22,507 nucleotides of DNA. Origin: Octopus sinensis. Its lineage: Eukaryota. The notes under the pieces were generated by a model. The model did no database searches, had not been told where the DNA came from, and saw nothing but the letters and a program-made list of their open reading frames with translations. Below are positions 10,391 through 19,355 of this stretch, one piece after another; the first letter of the stretch is position 1, and each line of letters begins with the position of its first letter. The position numbers were made by a program, and so were the translations under genes. The DNA lies in the NCBI RefSeq assembly GCF_006345805.1, contig NW_021836958.1:1-22507 (forward strand). The letters run 5' to 3'.

Positions 10391-10684
10391 CAGTGGTTCT
10401 CAATCGAGGTCTACGCAATTAAATAGTAAAGTGGGGATTTGCAATAGCATTTCAAGGGCCCCTGGAAAAAGTTTGCTTTAGATATATTTATTGCAAGACG
10501 CAGTTCAGTTTCGCCCTCAAACGTTTTACGTAGTTCAACCAACACAATGTGGGAAAAACAAAATAGAAATTTTGAAAGAAGAATCTATAAAACTAGTTTT
10601 TAAGCATCGAATGGCTATGGGGTCCACCACAATAAAAGAGGAATCAAAGGGGTCTATAGGTATATTATTGGCTGAGGACCCCTG
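10391..10684. mobile_element. hAT (Charlie-type) MITE 2
   Basis: Starts CAGTGGTTCTCAATC and ends GGCTGAGGACCCCTG. Flanks TTCTAGAC / CTCTACAC (6/8). Confidence 0.75.
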
Positions 10685-10726
10685 CTCTACACTGTAGGAT
10701 GGGTATTAATTTTGATATTCATCTCT

Positions 10727-11140
10727 CTTTTACTCTTTTACTTGTTTCAGTCATATGACTGTGGCCATGCTGGAGTACTGCCTTTAGTCGATCGAGCAAA
10801 TCGACCCTGGGACTTATTCTTTGTAAGCCTAGTACTTATCCTATCGGTCTCTTTTGCCGAACCGCTAAGTTACGGGGACGTGAACACACCAGCGTAGGTT
10901 GTCATGCGATGTTGGGTGGACAAACACAGACACACAAACATATACACACGCATACATATATATATATACATATATACGACGGGTTTCTTTCAGTTTCCGT
11001 CTACTAAATCCACTCACAAGGCTTTGGTCAGCCCGAGGCTATAGTAGAAGACACTTGCCCAAGGTGCCACGCAGTGGGACTGAAACCGGAACCATGTGGT
11101 TGGTAAGCAAACTACTTACCACACAGCCACTCCTACGCCT
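10727..11140 (-). mobile_element. Full-length tRNA-derived SINE family B
   Basis: Minus strand: GGCGTAGGAGTGGCTGTGTGG head, GGTTTCAGTCCC B-box, CCTTGGGCAAG core, internal (TA)/(TG) run and (GTAAAAGA)n tail. Possible short TSD ATCTCT. Confidence 0.92.
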
Positions 11141-11163
11141 ATCTCTGTCAAAAAGTTGGTAGT

Positions 11164-11392
11164 AGAAGCGCGTGTTAGAGTGTTGAACACATGATCATAA
11201 GATTGTGGTTTCGATTGCGGGACCAGGAGACACGCGTTGTGTTCTTGAGCAAAACACTTCATTTCACATTGCCGCAGTCCACTCAGCTGGCACAAATGGG
11301 TAATCCTGCGTCGGACCGGCATCCAGTCCAGATGGGAGATTATATATTACCACGAAGCCGGGAAACCGTCCCTTATGAGTTATATGGTTCGT
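11164..11392 (+). mobile_element. tRNA-derived SINE family C, diverged
   Basis: GGTTTCGATT...CGCGTTGTGTTCTTGAGCAAAACACTTCATTTCAC...CAGTCCACTCAGCTGG, homologous to 18728-18976. Confidence 0.85.
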
Positions 11393-11485
11393 GATGTTGA
11401 AATCCCAATGAAGGAACCTTGGATCTAGGTTAGAAACCGGCTCTTTCTTTATTGGCAAGAAATCTTGAAATAAACCTGAACAATG
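11393..11485 (+). mobile_element. Isolated 3' UTR tail of the R4/Dong-like LINE
   Basis: Matches 13025-13117 (CCAATGAAGGA.CCTTG.ATCTAGGTTAG.AACCGG...AAGAAATCTTGAAA...CTGAACAATG). Confidence 0.85.
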
Positions 11486-11523
11486 TGCATACGTACATAT
11501 GTATACATATATACATACAAATG

Positions 11524-11544
<21 letters not shown>

Positions 11545-11557
<13 letters not shown>

Positions 11558-11895
11558 CGACGGGTTTCTTTCAGTTTCCGTCTACCAAATCCACTCACAA
11601 GGCTTTGGTCGGTTCGAAGCTATAGTAGAAGACACTTGCCCAAGGTGCCACGCAGTGGGATTGAACCCGGAGCCATGTGGTTCGTAAGCAAGCTACTTAC
11701 CACACAACCTATATATATTATATAGGCCCGTCGTATATATATATATACGACGGGCTTCTTTCAGTTTCCGTCTATCTAATCCACTCACAAGACTTTAGTT
11801 GGCCCGAGCCTTTAGTAGAGGCCTCACGGTGTCAGGCAGTGGAACTGAACCCGAAACCGTGCGGTTGGTTCGCAAGCTACCTACCACACAGCCAC
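11545..11895 (-). mobile_element. Two tandem 5' halves of SINE family B (~11545-11706 and ~11740-11895)
   Basis: Each reads ACGACGGG.TTCTTTCAGTTTCCGTCTA...CAGTGG.A.TGAACCCG...AAGCTAC.TACCACACA. Confidence 0.88.
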
Positions 11896-12064
11896 TCTAT
11901 ATTTTGATAATGACTACATAATTTACTGGTGTGGATGGAAGTAAAGCAAACAACAGCTAAAAAAACAATGGAGCAACGAGATTAATTGATTGCGGCGAAA
12001 AAACATGGGAAGTACAATGAAATAGAAAGAGTTAAGAGAAATATTGATAATTGTATTGTGCTAA

Positions 12065-12191
12065 GAGAAAGAGAGGGAGAGAGAGAGAGAGAGAGAGGGA
12101 GAGAGAGGGAGAGAGAGAGAGAGGGAGAGAGAGACAGAGAGAGAGAGGGAGTGAGTGAGAGAGAGAGAGAGTGTGTGTGGGAGAGAGACAA

Positions 12192-12272
<81 letters not shown>

Positions 12273-12310
12273 GTCTGTCTGCCTGTCTGCCTGCCTGCCT
12301 GCCTGTCTGC

Positions 12311-12341
<31 letters not shown>

Positions 12342-12500
12342 CCTGTCTTTCTATCTATCTATCTATCTATCTATCCATTTATTTAACTCTTTGTCTGTCT
12401 CTTTGACTGTCTGTTTATCTATATCTATCGCTTGATACACCAGTACATATATATTCTAATACATACATACATACATTACATACATACATACAAACATACA

Positions 12501-12531
<31 letters not shown>

Positions 12532-12562
12532 CATACATACATACATACATACATACATACAT
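12065..12562. repeat. Compound microsatellite (AG)n-(ATCT)n-(GTCT/GCCT)n-(CATA)n
   Basis: Direct reading of the sequence. Confidence 0.95.
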
Positions 12563-13117
12563 AAATATACCTGATATAATGATTTGAGATATAGAAGAGA
12601 AACTGTGCACAGTTGTGGAAATTAGCTGCCCAGAGGATGTTAACATAAAGCTGAAGATCAATAAAAAACAGAACACCTACACTGAACTATTGAGAAATCT
12701 GCAGTTACTCTAGCCAGATTACAAGTTCAGGTTTATACCTGTAATTATTGGGGTCCTAGGATATGTAACACATTGCCTAAATACAAATCTTGAGAAATTA
12801 GGCTTTTCAAAACTAGAAAGGAGAAAGTTAATTCGAAGACTACAGATCCAATCCATCACTAGAACGGTAAAAATCTGTAAAACATTCTAGAAGTTTATAA
12901 TTTAAATATATATCAGCATGTTTAGATATGCAACTACATGCATGAGAATACATACATATAGCAAAACATACAAATCTGCACAGATACATACATACATACA
13001 TACATATAAAAATACCCTATTGTCGATGCTGAAATTCCAATGAAGGAGCCTTGAATCTAGGTTAGTAACCGGATCTTTCTCTATTGGTAAGAAATCTTGA
13101 AAGAAAACTGAACAATG
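12563..13117 (+). mobile_element. 5'-truncated R4/Dong-like LINE: RLE domain plus 3' UTR, flanked on both sides by (CATA)n
   Basis: NIPDIMI*DIEEKLCTVVEISCPEDVNIKLKINKKQNTY...FIPVIIGVLG...VKICKTF*KFII* shows the PD...E.S.P...K...Y RLE signature, with internal stops. (CATA)n at 12460-12562 and 13119-13172. Confidence 0.88.
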
Positions 13118-13735
13118 ACATACATACATACATACATACATACATACATACATACATACATACATACATACATGCAATTCGCAAGCTGCTCACTGTTACA
13201 AAAAAGTTGAACGTCAATGAATATGTAGACATACTACACTTTCCACACAAGTATGGTAGCCGTGGCCTCACATCTCCATTGATGTCATACGAAGCCCGTA
13301 TTGTGACACTGAAATAATATCTGCTTCAGAGGTAAAAGACCAGCAACTATCTTACTCAAGTTTGTGACAAGAAATTAATAACATAATTAGGAAAGCTAAT
13401 GAACTTGAGGAGAGGTATGAATTAAGACCTGATACAGACCTCTTCCCAAGAAGCATTGTTAAAATTTATCAGAAGAAGAAAATATTGAAAGAAAAGAAAA
13501 ATGGAGCAGTTCACTAAGAAGATAGTACATGGGTGCTTGGCACGTAAAACACGAACCATAGAAGTGATTAACCATGTCAAAAGCTTTGCATGGAGTACCA
13601 ACAAGTTAATGACATCCTACTTCGAAGGCTAGCTCCATACAATTCAAAAGAAAGAAATACTCATCGAGTACCTACAGCCTAAAAAGATTATTTGAACATT
13701 GTTCGAAAACAATTATTCGAAAACAATAATTCGAA

Positions 13736-14282
13736 AACAACAACAACATCGAAAAATACCTTAGGAATGAGAACCCAGGTTCGAAATTTCCCTAAGACAC
13801 CTGATGAAGGCTGGAGGGTATATCAGCCGAAACGTTTTGTTAACAACAAACAAGATGAGGACAAATATCCGTCGAATGTAAATAATGGAAATGTATTTTT
13901 GTTCATCCTTTAAATCTTAAGAAGGTCTTGCAGATTTTTATAGCCTCAAATATCCTAATCATACGAATTAGGTATTTGCATTCTCTCCCCGAGATCCAAA
14001 GTTCAGCTATACTTTGCTCAAGGTGCGTCGATATGTGTCCTGTTGTTCCTATAATAATAGGTATGAAACTGAAAGTGTATCTTGAGTACTGGATTTACAA
14101 ACTCCTTACCGATGGTCCTTAGACATCCCCCTTCTCTTGTATTTCTCTAATCACATTGGTGTCCAAAGGGCAGCTGTTTCTCACAACAGAAAATATCCAT
14201 TCGTTGTAGTCCTCACACAACAATATTTGGCCGGTTTTGTTTTAACTTGGTAGCTTGTTTTTATTTCTTAGGTCCCGCCAAG
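13736..14282. repeat. Inverted duplicate of 14754-15001 plus 15383-15681
   Basis: Near-identical reverse complement; the ORF track also shows the shared peptides (RNFPKTPDEGWRVYQPKR, CPVVPIIIGMKLKVYLEYW). Lacks the SINE found in the partner copy. Confidence 0.95.
13796..13841 (+). ncRNA. Minimal hammerhead, family 4, copy 1 (stem I mismatch)
   Basis: GACAC-CTGATGA-A-GGCTG(GAGGGTATAT)CAGCC-GAAAC-GTT-TTGTT. Confidence 0.75.
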
Positions 14283-15001
14283 GTTCGAAACAATTGTTCG
14301 GAAAACATTTATTCGAATAGCAAATTGTATGAATGAAAATTATTCAAAAGGACAATCATACGATATGTTAACTATTTTAAATTTTTCATTTTATTTAAAC
14401 AAAAATGACAAAATTAAAAATCAAGTACACAAATATTTATTTTGAATAACAGTTTTTCGAATAACTTTCCAAATAATTGTTTTCGAACAACCGTTTTCGA
14501 ACAATTTTCATGATACGCATAAAAAAGACAGAAAACACGAACAAACAACAAATGTAAGCTGTGCAAAACCAAGACCGAAGACATCAGCCAGGTTATTGCC
14601 AAATGCGAGAGAATGCCTTGCAGATATTATCTACTCATGAGGCATGATGCGGTGGCCAGAACAGCCTGGAATCCATATATACGAAAAAGAAAAACCTTCA
14701 GACGAAGTTTACTATATTGAGTCCGATGGGTAAATATAAATATATATATATATCTTGGCGGGACCTAAGAAATAAAAACAAGCTACCAAGTTAAAACAAA
14801 ACCGGCCAAATATTGTTGTGTGAGGACTACAACGAATGGATATTTTCTGTTGTGAGAAACAGCTGCCCTTTGGACACCAATGTGATCAGAGAAATACAAG
14901 AGAAGGGGGATATCTAAGGACCATCGGTAAGGAGTTTGTAAATCCAGTACTCAAGATACACTTTCAGTTTCATACCTATTATTATAGGAACAACAGGACA
15001 C

Positions 15002-15382
15002 TTGCTAACCAACCACATGGTTCCGGGTTCAGGCCCACTGCGTGGCATCTTGGGCAAGTATTTTCCGCTATAGCCCCGGGCCGACCAATGCCTTGTGAGT
15101 GGATTTGGTAGACGGAAACTGAAAGAAGCCTGTCGTATATATGTATATATATATAAGTGTGTGTGTATATGTTTGTGTGTCTGTGTTTGTCCCCCTAGCA
15201 TTGCTTGACAACCGATGCTGGTGTGTTTACGTCCCCGTCACTTAGCGGTTCGGCAAAAGAGACCGATAGAATAAGTACTGGGCTTACAAAGAATAAGTCC
15301 TGGGGTCGATTTGCTCGACTAAAGGCGGTGCTCCAGCATGGCCGCAGTCAAATGACTGAAACAAGTAAAAGAGTAAAAGAGT
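15002..15382 (+). mobile_element. SINE family B, slightly 5'-truncated, no TSD
   Basis: Comparison with the uninterrupted copy (CAACAGGACAC|ATATCGAC) defines both breakpoints. Ends GTAAAAGAGTAAAAGAGT. Confidence 0.93.
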
Positions 15383-15575
15383 ATATCGACGCACCTTGGG
15401 CAAAGTATAGCTGAACTTTGGATCTCGGGGAGAGAATGCAAATACCTAATTCGTATGATTAGGATATTTGAGGCTATAAAAATCTGCAAGACCTTCTTAA
15501 GATTTAAAGGATGAACAAAAATACATTTCCATTATTTACATTCGACAGATATTTGTCCTCATCTTGTTTGTTGTT

Positions 15576-15621
15576 AACACAACGTTTCGGCTGATATACC
15601 CTCCAGCCTTCATCAGGTGTC
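15576..15621 (-). ncRNA. Minimal hammerhead, family 4, copy 2 (intact)
   Basis: Minus strand GACAC-CTGATGA-A-GGCTG...CAGCC-GAAAC-GTT-GTGTT. Stem I GACAC/GTGTT, palindromic AACGTT stem III, GUU triplet. Confidence 0.82.
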
Positions 15622-15697
15622 TTAGGGAAATTTCGAACCTGGGTTCTCATTCCTAAGGTATTTTTCGATGTTGTTGTTGTTGTCGTTCTTCTTCTTA

Positions 15698-15860
15698 GGC
15701 AACAAGTTAAACATTTTTTTTGCCGATGACACTCCCCGGACCCTAAGTAAGGCATGTGTAAAATTTGAATGAAATTGGTTGTGTAGTTCTCAAGTTTTAG
15801 GGAAACACACAGACAGACAGACAGACACACACACATTCTCAGTTTTATATATATAAAGAT
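15698..15860 (-). mobile_element. Non-autonomous Helitron-like 5' fragment
   Basis: Minus strand begins A|TCTTTATATATATAAAACTGAGAATGTGTGTG(TCTG)n...CAACCAATTTCATTCAAATTTTACAC, a typical animal non-autonomous Helitron start. No 3' CTAG hairpin seen. Confidence 0.6.
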
Positions 15861-15861
15861 T

Positions 15862-15942
15862 ATTACTCAAGTCACTGTCTGGAATCAAAATCAGAATCTT
15901 TGGGTTAGTAGCTCGCGCTCTTAACCACTATGTCATATGCCC
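15862..15942 (-). mobile_element. tRNA-derived (Pol III) SINE-like head
   Basis: Minus strand GGGCATATGACATAGTGGTTAAGAGCGCGAGCTACTAACCCAAAGATTCTGATTTTGATTCCAG. A-box-like TGACATAGTGG and degenerate B-box GATTTTGATTCC at tRNA spacing. Confidence 0.7.
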
Positions 15943-15948
15943 ACGGGC

Positions 15949-16008
<60 letters not shown>

Positions 16009-16191
16009 CAACAACATCGAAAAATACCTTAGGAACGAGAACCCAGGTTCGAAATTTCCCCAAGACACCTGATGAAGGCTGGAGGGTATATCAGCCAAAA
16101 CGTTGTGTTAACAACAAAGATGAGGACAAATATCCGTTGAATGTAAATAATGTAAATGTACATAATTCTTCATCTCTTAAATATAGAACTG
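15949..16191 (+). mobile_element. (AAT)n-linked hammerhead family 4 element, copy 3 (ribozyme at 16064-16109, G12A inactivating change)
   Basis: GACAC-CTGATGA-A-GGCTG...CAGCC-AAAAC-GTT-GTGTT. Body near-identical to 13736-13895. Confidence 0.8.
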
Positions 16192-16241
16192 AAAAATACA
16201 TTTTCCGTCAAAACCCTGCGATCAAGCAGGTGGCACACACA

Positions 16242-16282
<41 letters not shown>

Positions 16283-16284
<2 letters not shown>

Positions 16285-16482
16285 GCAGGTTTGTGGCCTA
16301 GTGGTTAGGCTGTTACAAGCAATATCGAGGTTTCGTTTACCGAACCAAGCAGTGTGTTGTGTTCTTAAGCAAAACACCTCATTTCACGTTGCCCCAGTCC
16401 GCTCAGCTGTAAAAGAGTAAACCTGCGTGCGACTGGCGTCCCATTCAGCGGCAACGTTGTAACCTCGCTATGAAAACCGGGT
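16283..16482 (+). mobile_element. SINE family C, diverged
   Basis: TGGCCTAGTGGTTAGG A-box; TGTTGTGTTCTTAAGCAAAACACC...CCTGCGTGCGACTGGCGTCCC. Confidence 0.8.
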
Positions 16483-16651
16483 AACCGTCACTACATTATA
16501 AAACACACAACATTATAAAAAGAATGGAGAATTATGTATCCTCAGAACTTGTTTATTACAGTATTGCTGCAAAATGTGGCCTCCTGACACCAACATGGCT
16601 CCAACAATCAAGTCAGCAGTTAGGAAGCCACATGCCAGTCCAGCAAGCCAA

Positions 16652-16883
16652 GGCAGTGAGCTGGCAGAACCGTTAGCATGCTGGGCGAAATGCGTAGCCG
16701 TATTTTGTCTGCCGTTACGTTCTGAGTTCAAATTCCGCCGAGGTCGACTTTGCCTTTCATCCTTTCGGGGTCGATTAAATAAGTACCAGTTACGCACTGG
16801 GGTCGATATAATCGACTTAATCCGTTTGTCTGTCCTTGTTTGTTCTCTCTGTATTTAGCCCCTTGTGGGTAGTAAAGAAATAG
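16652..16883 (+). mobile_element. Full-length SINE family A monomer with 18-bp TSD
   Basis: GCCAGTCCAGCAAGCCAA at 16634-16651 and 16884-16901. B-box GAGTTCAAATTCC; 3' end AAAGAAATA. Confidence 0.95.
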
Positions 16884-17260
16884 GCCAGTCCAGCAAGCCA
16901 ACTTTCTTAGAGAGGAAGAAGTAGTCGTACCTAGTGCGATGTTTTCTGTAATGTGCTTCTTTGTCGCCCGGGTTCACCTCGACTGGTCACATCACATCTT
17001 TACAGCAACTGTTTTCGTTACCAAATTCATTCTATCTTCGAAGCCAACTTCAGGCTTTTTACTATTTGTTTACGTTACCATCTTCACACTCCACCTTCCT
17101 TACGTCACCGATGGATACTGCACGTTCCTTTAACCAGTTCAAATCATCCACCTCACAGCAAGACGCTCAAAACAAAGAAAAAACGTGCAACATGTTTCAA
17201 ATTAGTCACGTGATCGATTTTATTTCTCCCTTCTAATAGTATCATACAATATATTTCGGT

Positions 17261-17644
17261 AGTGGAGGCGCAATGGCCCAGTGGTTAGGGCAGCGGACTC
17301 GCGGTCATAGGATCGCGGTTTCGATTCCCAGACCGGGCGTGTTTATTGAGCAAAAACACCTAAAGCTCCACGCGACTCCGGCAGGGGATGGTGGTGACCC
17401 CTGCTGTACTCTTTCACCACAACTTTCTCTCACTCTTACTTCCTGTTTCTGTTGTACCTGTATTTCAAAGGGCCGGCCTTGTCACTCTCTGTGTCACGCT
17501 GGATATCCCCGAGAACTACGTTAAGGGTATACGTGTCTGTGGGGTGCTCAGCCACTTACACGTTAATTTCACGAGCAGGCTGTTCCGTTGATTCGGATCA
17601 ACCGGAGCCCTCGTCGTCGTAACCGACGGAGTGCTTCCATCCAC
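17261..17644 (+). mobile_element. Full-length tRNA-derived SINE family D
   Basis: A-box TGGCCCAGTGG (17274-17284), B-box GGTTTCGATTCC, TTGAGCAAAAACAC core. TSD ATTTCGGT at 17253-17260 and 17645-17652. Confidence 0.88.
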
Positions 17645-18589
17645 ATTTCGGTTAAATCTCACTTCGATTCGTGTTTCTGCTGTGTAAACATTCTAAGATG
17701 TCTTTCATTACATCCTGTTGGGTCACTTTCTTCGAGGTAGTACCATTGCATGTTGTTGAAGCGAACTGAAGAATTTAGTGATTGACAATCCTCTTTAAGG
17801 TATAATTTAGGTAGAGGAGCCATAGGTGCTTAATGCAGATAATAGCAGAGAATGCTATGGAAACGATATGGCTATATAATCTGTTATCATTGGATGAAAT
17901 TGTACTGCAATTAAACGAACAGGATGCAATTAAATGCTGGATCTTAGGACGTCTATGCGGCACACAAGTTTTGAGGATGTCTAATTTTTCAATCTCTTTT
18001 TTCACAACCAACGGAACGTTAAGCGCTCCTCATGATCGCAAGTTTTTGAGATGGTTGTGATCTGTAAACAGTTTTGCGTAGGAACCGGAAAGAGAAGAAT
18101 AAACACGCAATCCTTCACTTGAAGGATTGATAAAATAAGCATCAGTTGAACACTGGGTGGGGGTGGGGGTTTCAATATAATCGACTCGTCTCCTCCTCCC
18201 CCAATTTGCTGCCCTTGTGACAATGCGCACATTGAATTCGTAAAACGGAAGAGAAGAATTAAAACGCAATGTGCATATCAAAATAAAACGGAAAAGAAGA
18301 AAAAAAATCCAAGACATATGATGGTCTGCATGCCACGTCTGACACCACTCTCACGCAGCTTTGCTGCACTTTACTAGTTTATATTGTCTTGAATATATAC
18401 TCTGAGCATTGTATAAAATCCAAGGAAGCGAACTCTGGTTTTAACTTATTCATTGAGTGAAATACCGTGTAATTGTTTACCTTAGAAAATTTTGTGCTCC
18501 ATATCACTCGATGTGGTTAGCCACAGCTTGGATTATATGGGACCACTTGTGTGGTACCTGCCCCGATTCAATATCCCTATTATTTTACG

Positions 18590-18660
<71 letters not shown>

Positions 18661-18690
18661 GCTAGCTAGCTATCTGTCTGTCTATCTCTG
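18590..18690. repeat. (TATC)n microsatellite
   Basis: Direct reading of the sequence. Confidence 0.95.
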
Positions 18691-18727
18691 TCCGCCCTTC
18701 CGTCTGTATATATATATGTGCGTGTGT

Positions 18728-18976
18728 GGAAGCGCGTGGCTTAGTGGTTAGGGTGTCAACATCATGATCGTAAGATTGTGGTTTCGATTCCTGGACCGGG
18801 CGACGCGTTGTGTTCTTGAGCAAAACATTTCATTTCACGTTGCTCCAGTCCACTCACCTGGCAAAAATGAGTAACGCTGCGATGAACTGACGTCCCGTCC
18901 AGCTGGGGAACACATACGGCATAGAAACCGGGAAACCTGGTCCATGAGCCTGGCTAGGCTTTAAAAGGGCGCATTT
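18728..18976 (+). mobile_element. Full-length SINE family C (V-domain-like CTGCGATG.ACTG.CGTCCCGTCCAG)
   Basis: A-box TGGCTTAGTGG, B-box GGTTTCGATTCC. The 3' end AAAAGGGCGCATT is repeated three times, to ~19035. Confidence 0.88.
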
Positions 18977-19065
18977 ATTATTTTTTAAATATAAAAGTGC
19001 GCATTTATTTTTTTTATATAAAAGGGCGCATTAATTTTTATTTTATATATATGTGAATATATATG

Positions 19066-19102
<37 letters not shown>

Positions 19103-19105
<3 letters not shown>

Positions 19106-19272
19106 TATTTATCAAAAGAAAAACAGGATGCAAAGGATTTTGCGGTACATATGTTTCTGGCTTTATTGAACAATTTATATCAATGCATAAATTGATATAA
19201 ATTGTTCAATAAAGCCAGAAACATATGAGCCGCAAAATCTTTTGCATCCTGTTTTTCTTTTGATAAATATAT
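19103..19272. repeat. Fold-back palindrome 1: 82-bp arms, 6-nt spacer, 3 mismatches
   Basis: 19103-19184 pairs with 19191-19272. Contains GAAACATATGTA (3' half of a hammerhead) on the minus strand at 19146-19157. Confidence 0.95.
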
Positions 19273-19355
19273 CCTATCACCTACACCATTAGCTGGCATA
19301 TACAGGTGCTTACAGTTATCAAGTATTCACCCTGAATTTTTTGAATATAAATATA

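Larger units (their letters stand above)
13688..14516. mobile_element. Candidate MULE-like MITE with TTCGAAAACAA subterminal repeats, split by the inverted duplication at 13736-14282
   Basis: Left end TATTTGAACATTGTTCGAAAAC versus reverse complement of right end TATCATGAAAATTGTTCGAAAAC. Flanks GCCTAAAAAGA / GCATAAAAAAGA resemble a ~10-bp TSD. The LINE reading resumes after it. Confidence 0.55.
13173..15513 (+). pseudogene. Decayed R4/Dong-like LINE (RT C-terminus, CCHC, RLE), interrupted at 13688-14516 and 15002-15382
   Basis: VDILHFPHKYGSRGL (LY.PR..GGRGL), HG...W...TSYFEG...IQKKEI, KCKLCKTKTEDISQVIAKC...YYLLMRHDAVA, QNRPNIVV...SCPLDTNV...FIPIIIGTTG...IKICKTFLRFKG*. Confidence 0.85.

Noticed and set aside
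13036-13075. CCAATGA...GTAAC/GAAAC in the LINE 3' UTR as a hammerhead
   Set aside because: Core lacks U4/G5 and there is no stem I. Better explained as the LINE 3' recognition stem-loop.
16510-16633. Complex sequence around the SINE at 16652 that might be an exon or a Tc1 end (MWPPDTNMAPTIKSAVRKPH)
   Set aside because: No recognisable motif or splice structure, and it is interrupted by a SINE.
17264-17335. Possible tRNA genes at SINE heads (also 18728-18800 and 15862-15942)
   Set aside because: A and B boxes are present, but there is no convincing acceptor stem and each runs into a SINE body.
17660-18590. Possible very old minus-strand R4-like RT remnant (KKEIEKLD...SNDNRLY)
   Set aside because: Resemblance limited to a few residues. 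A profile search is needed before calling it.
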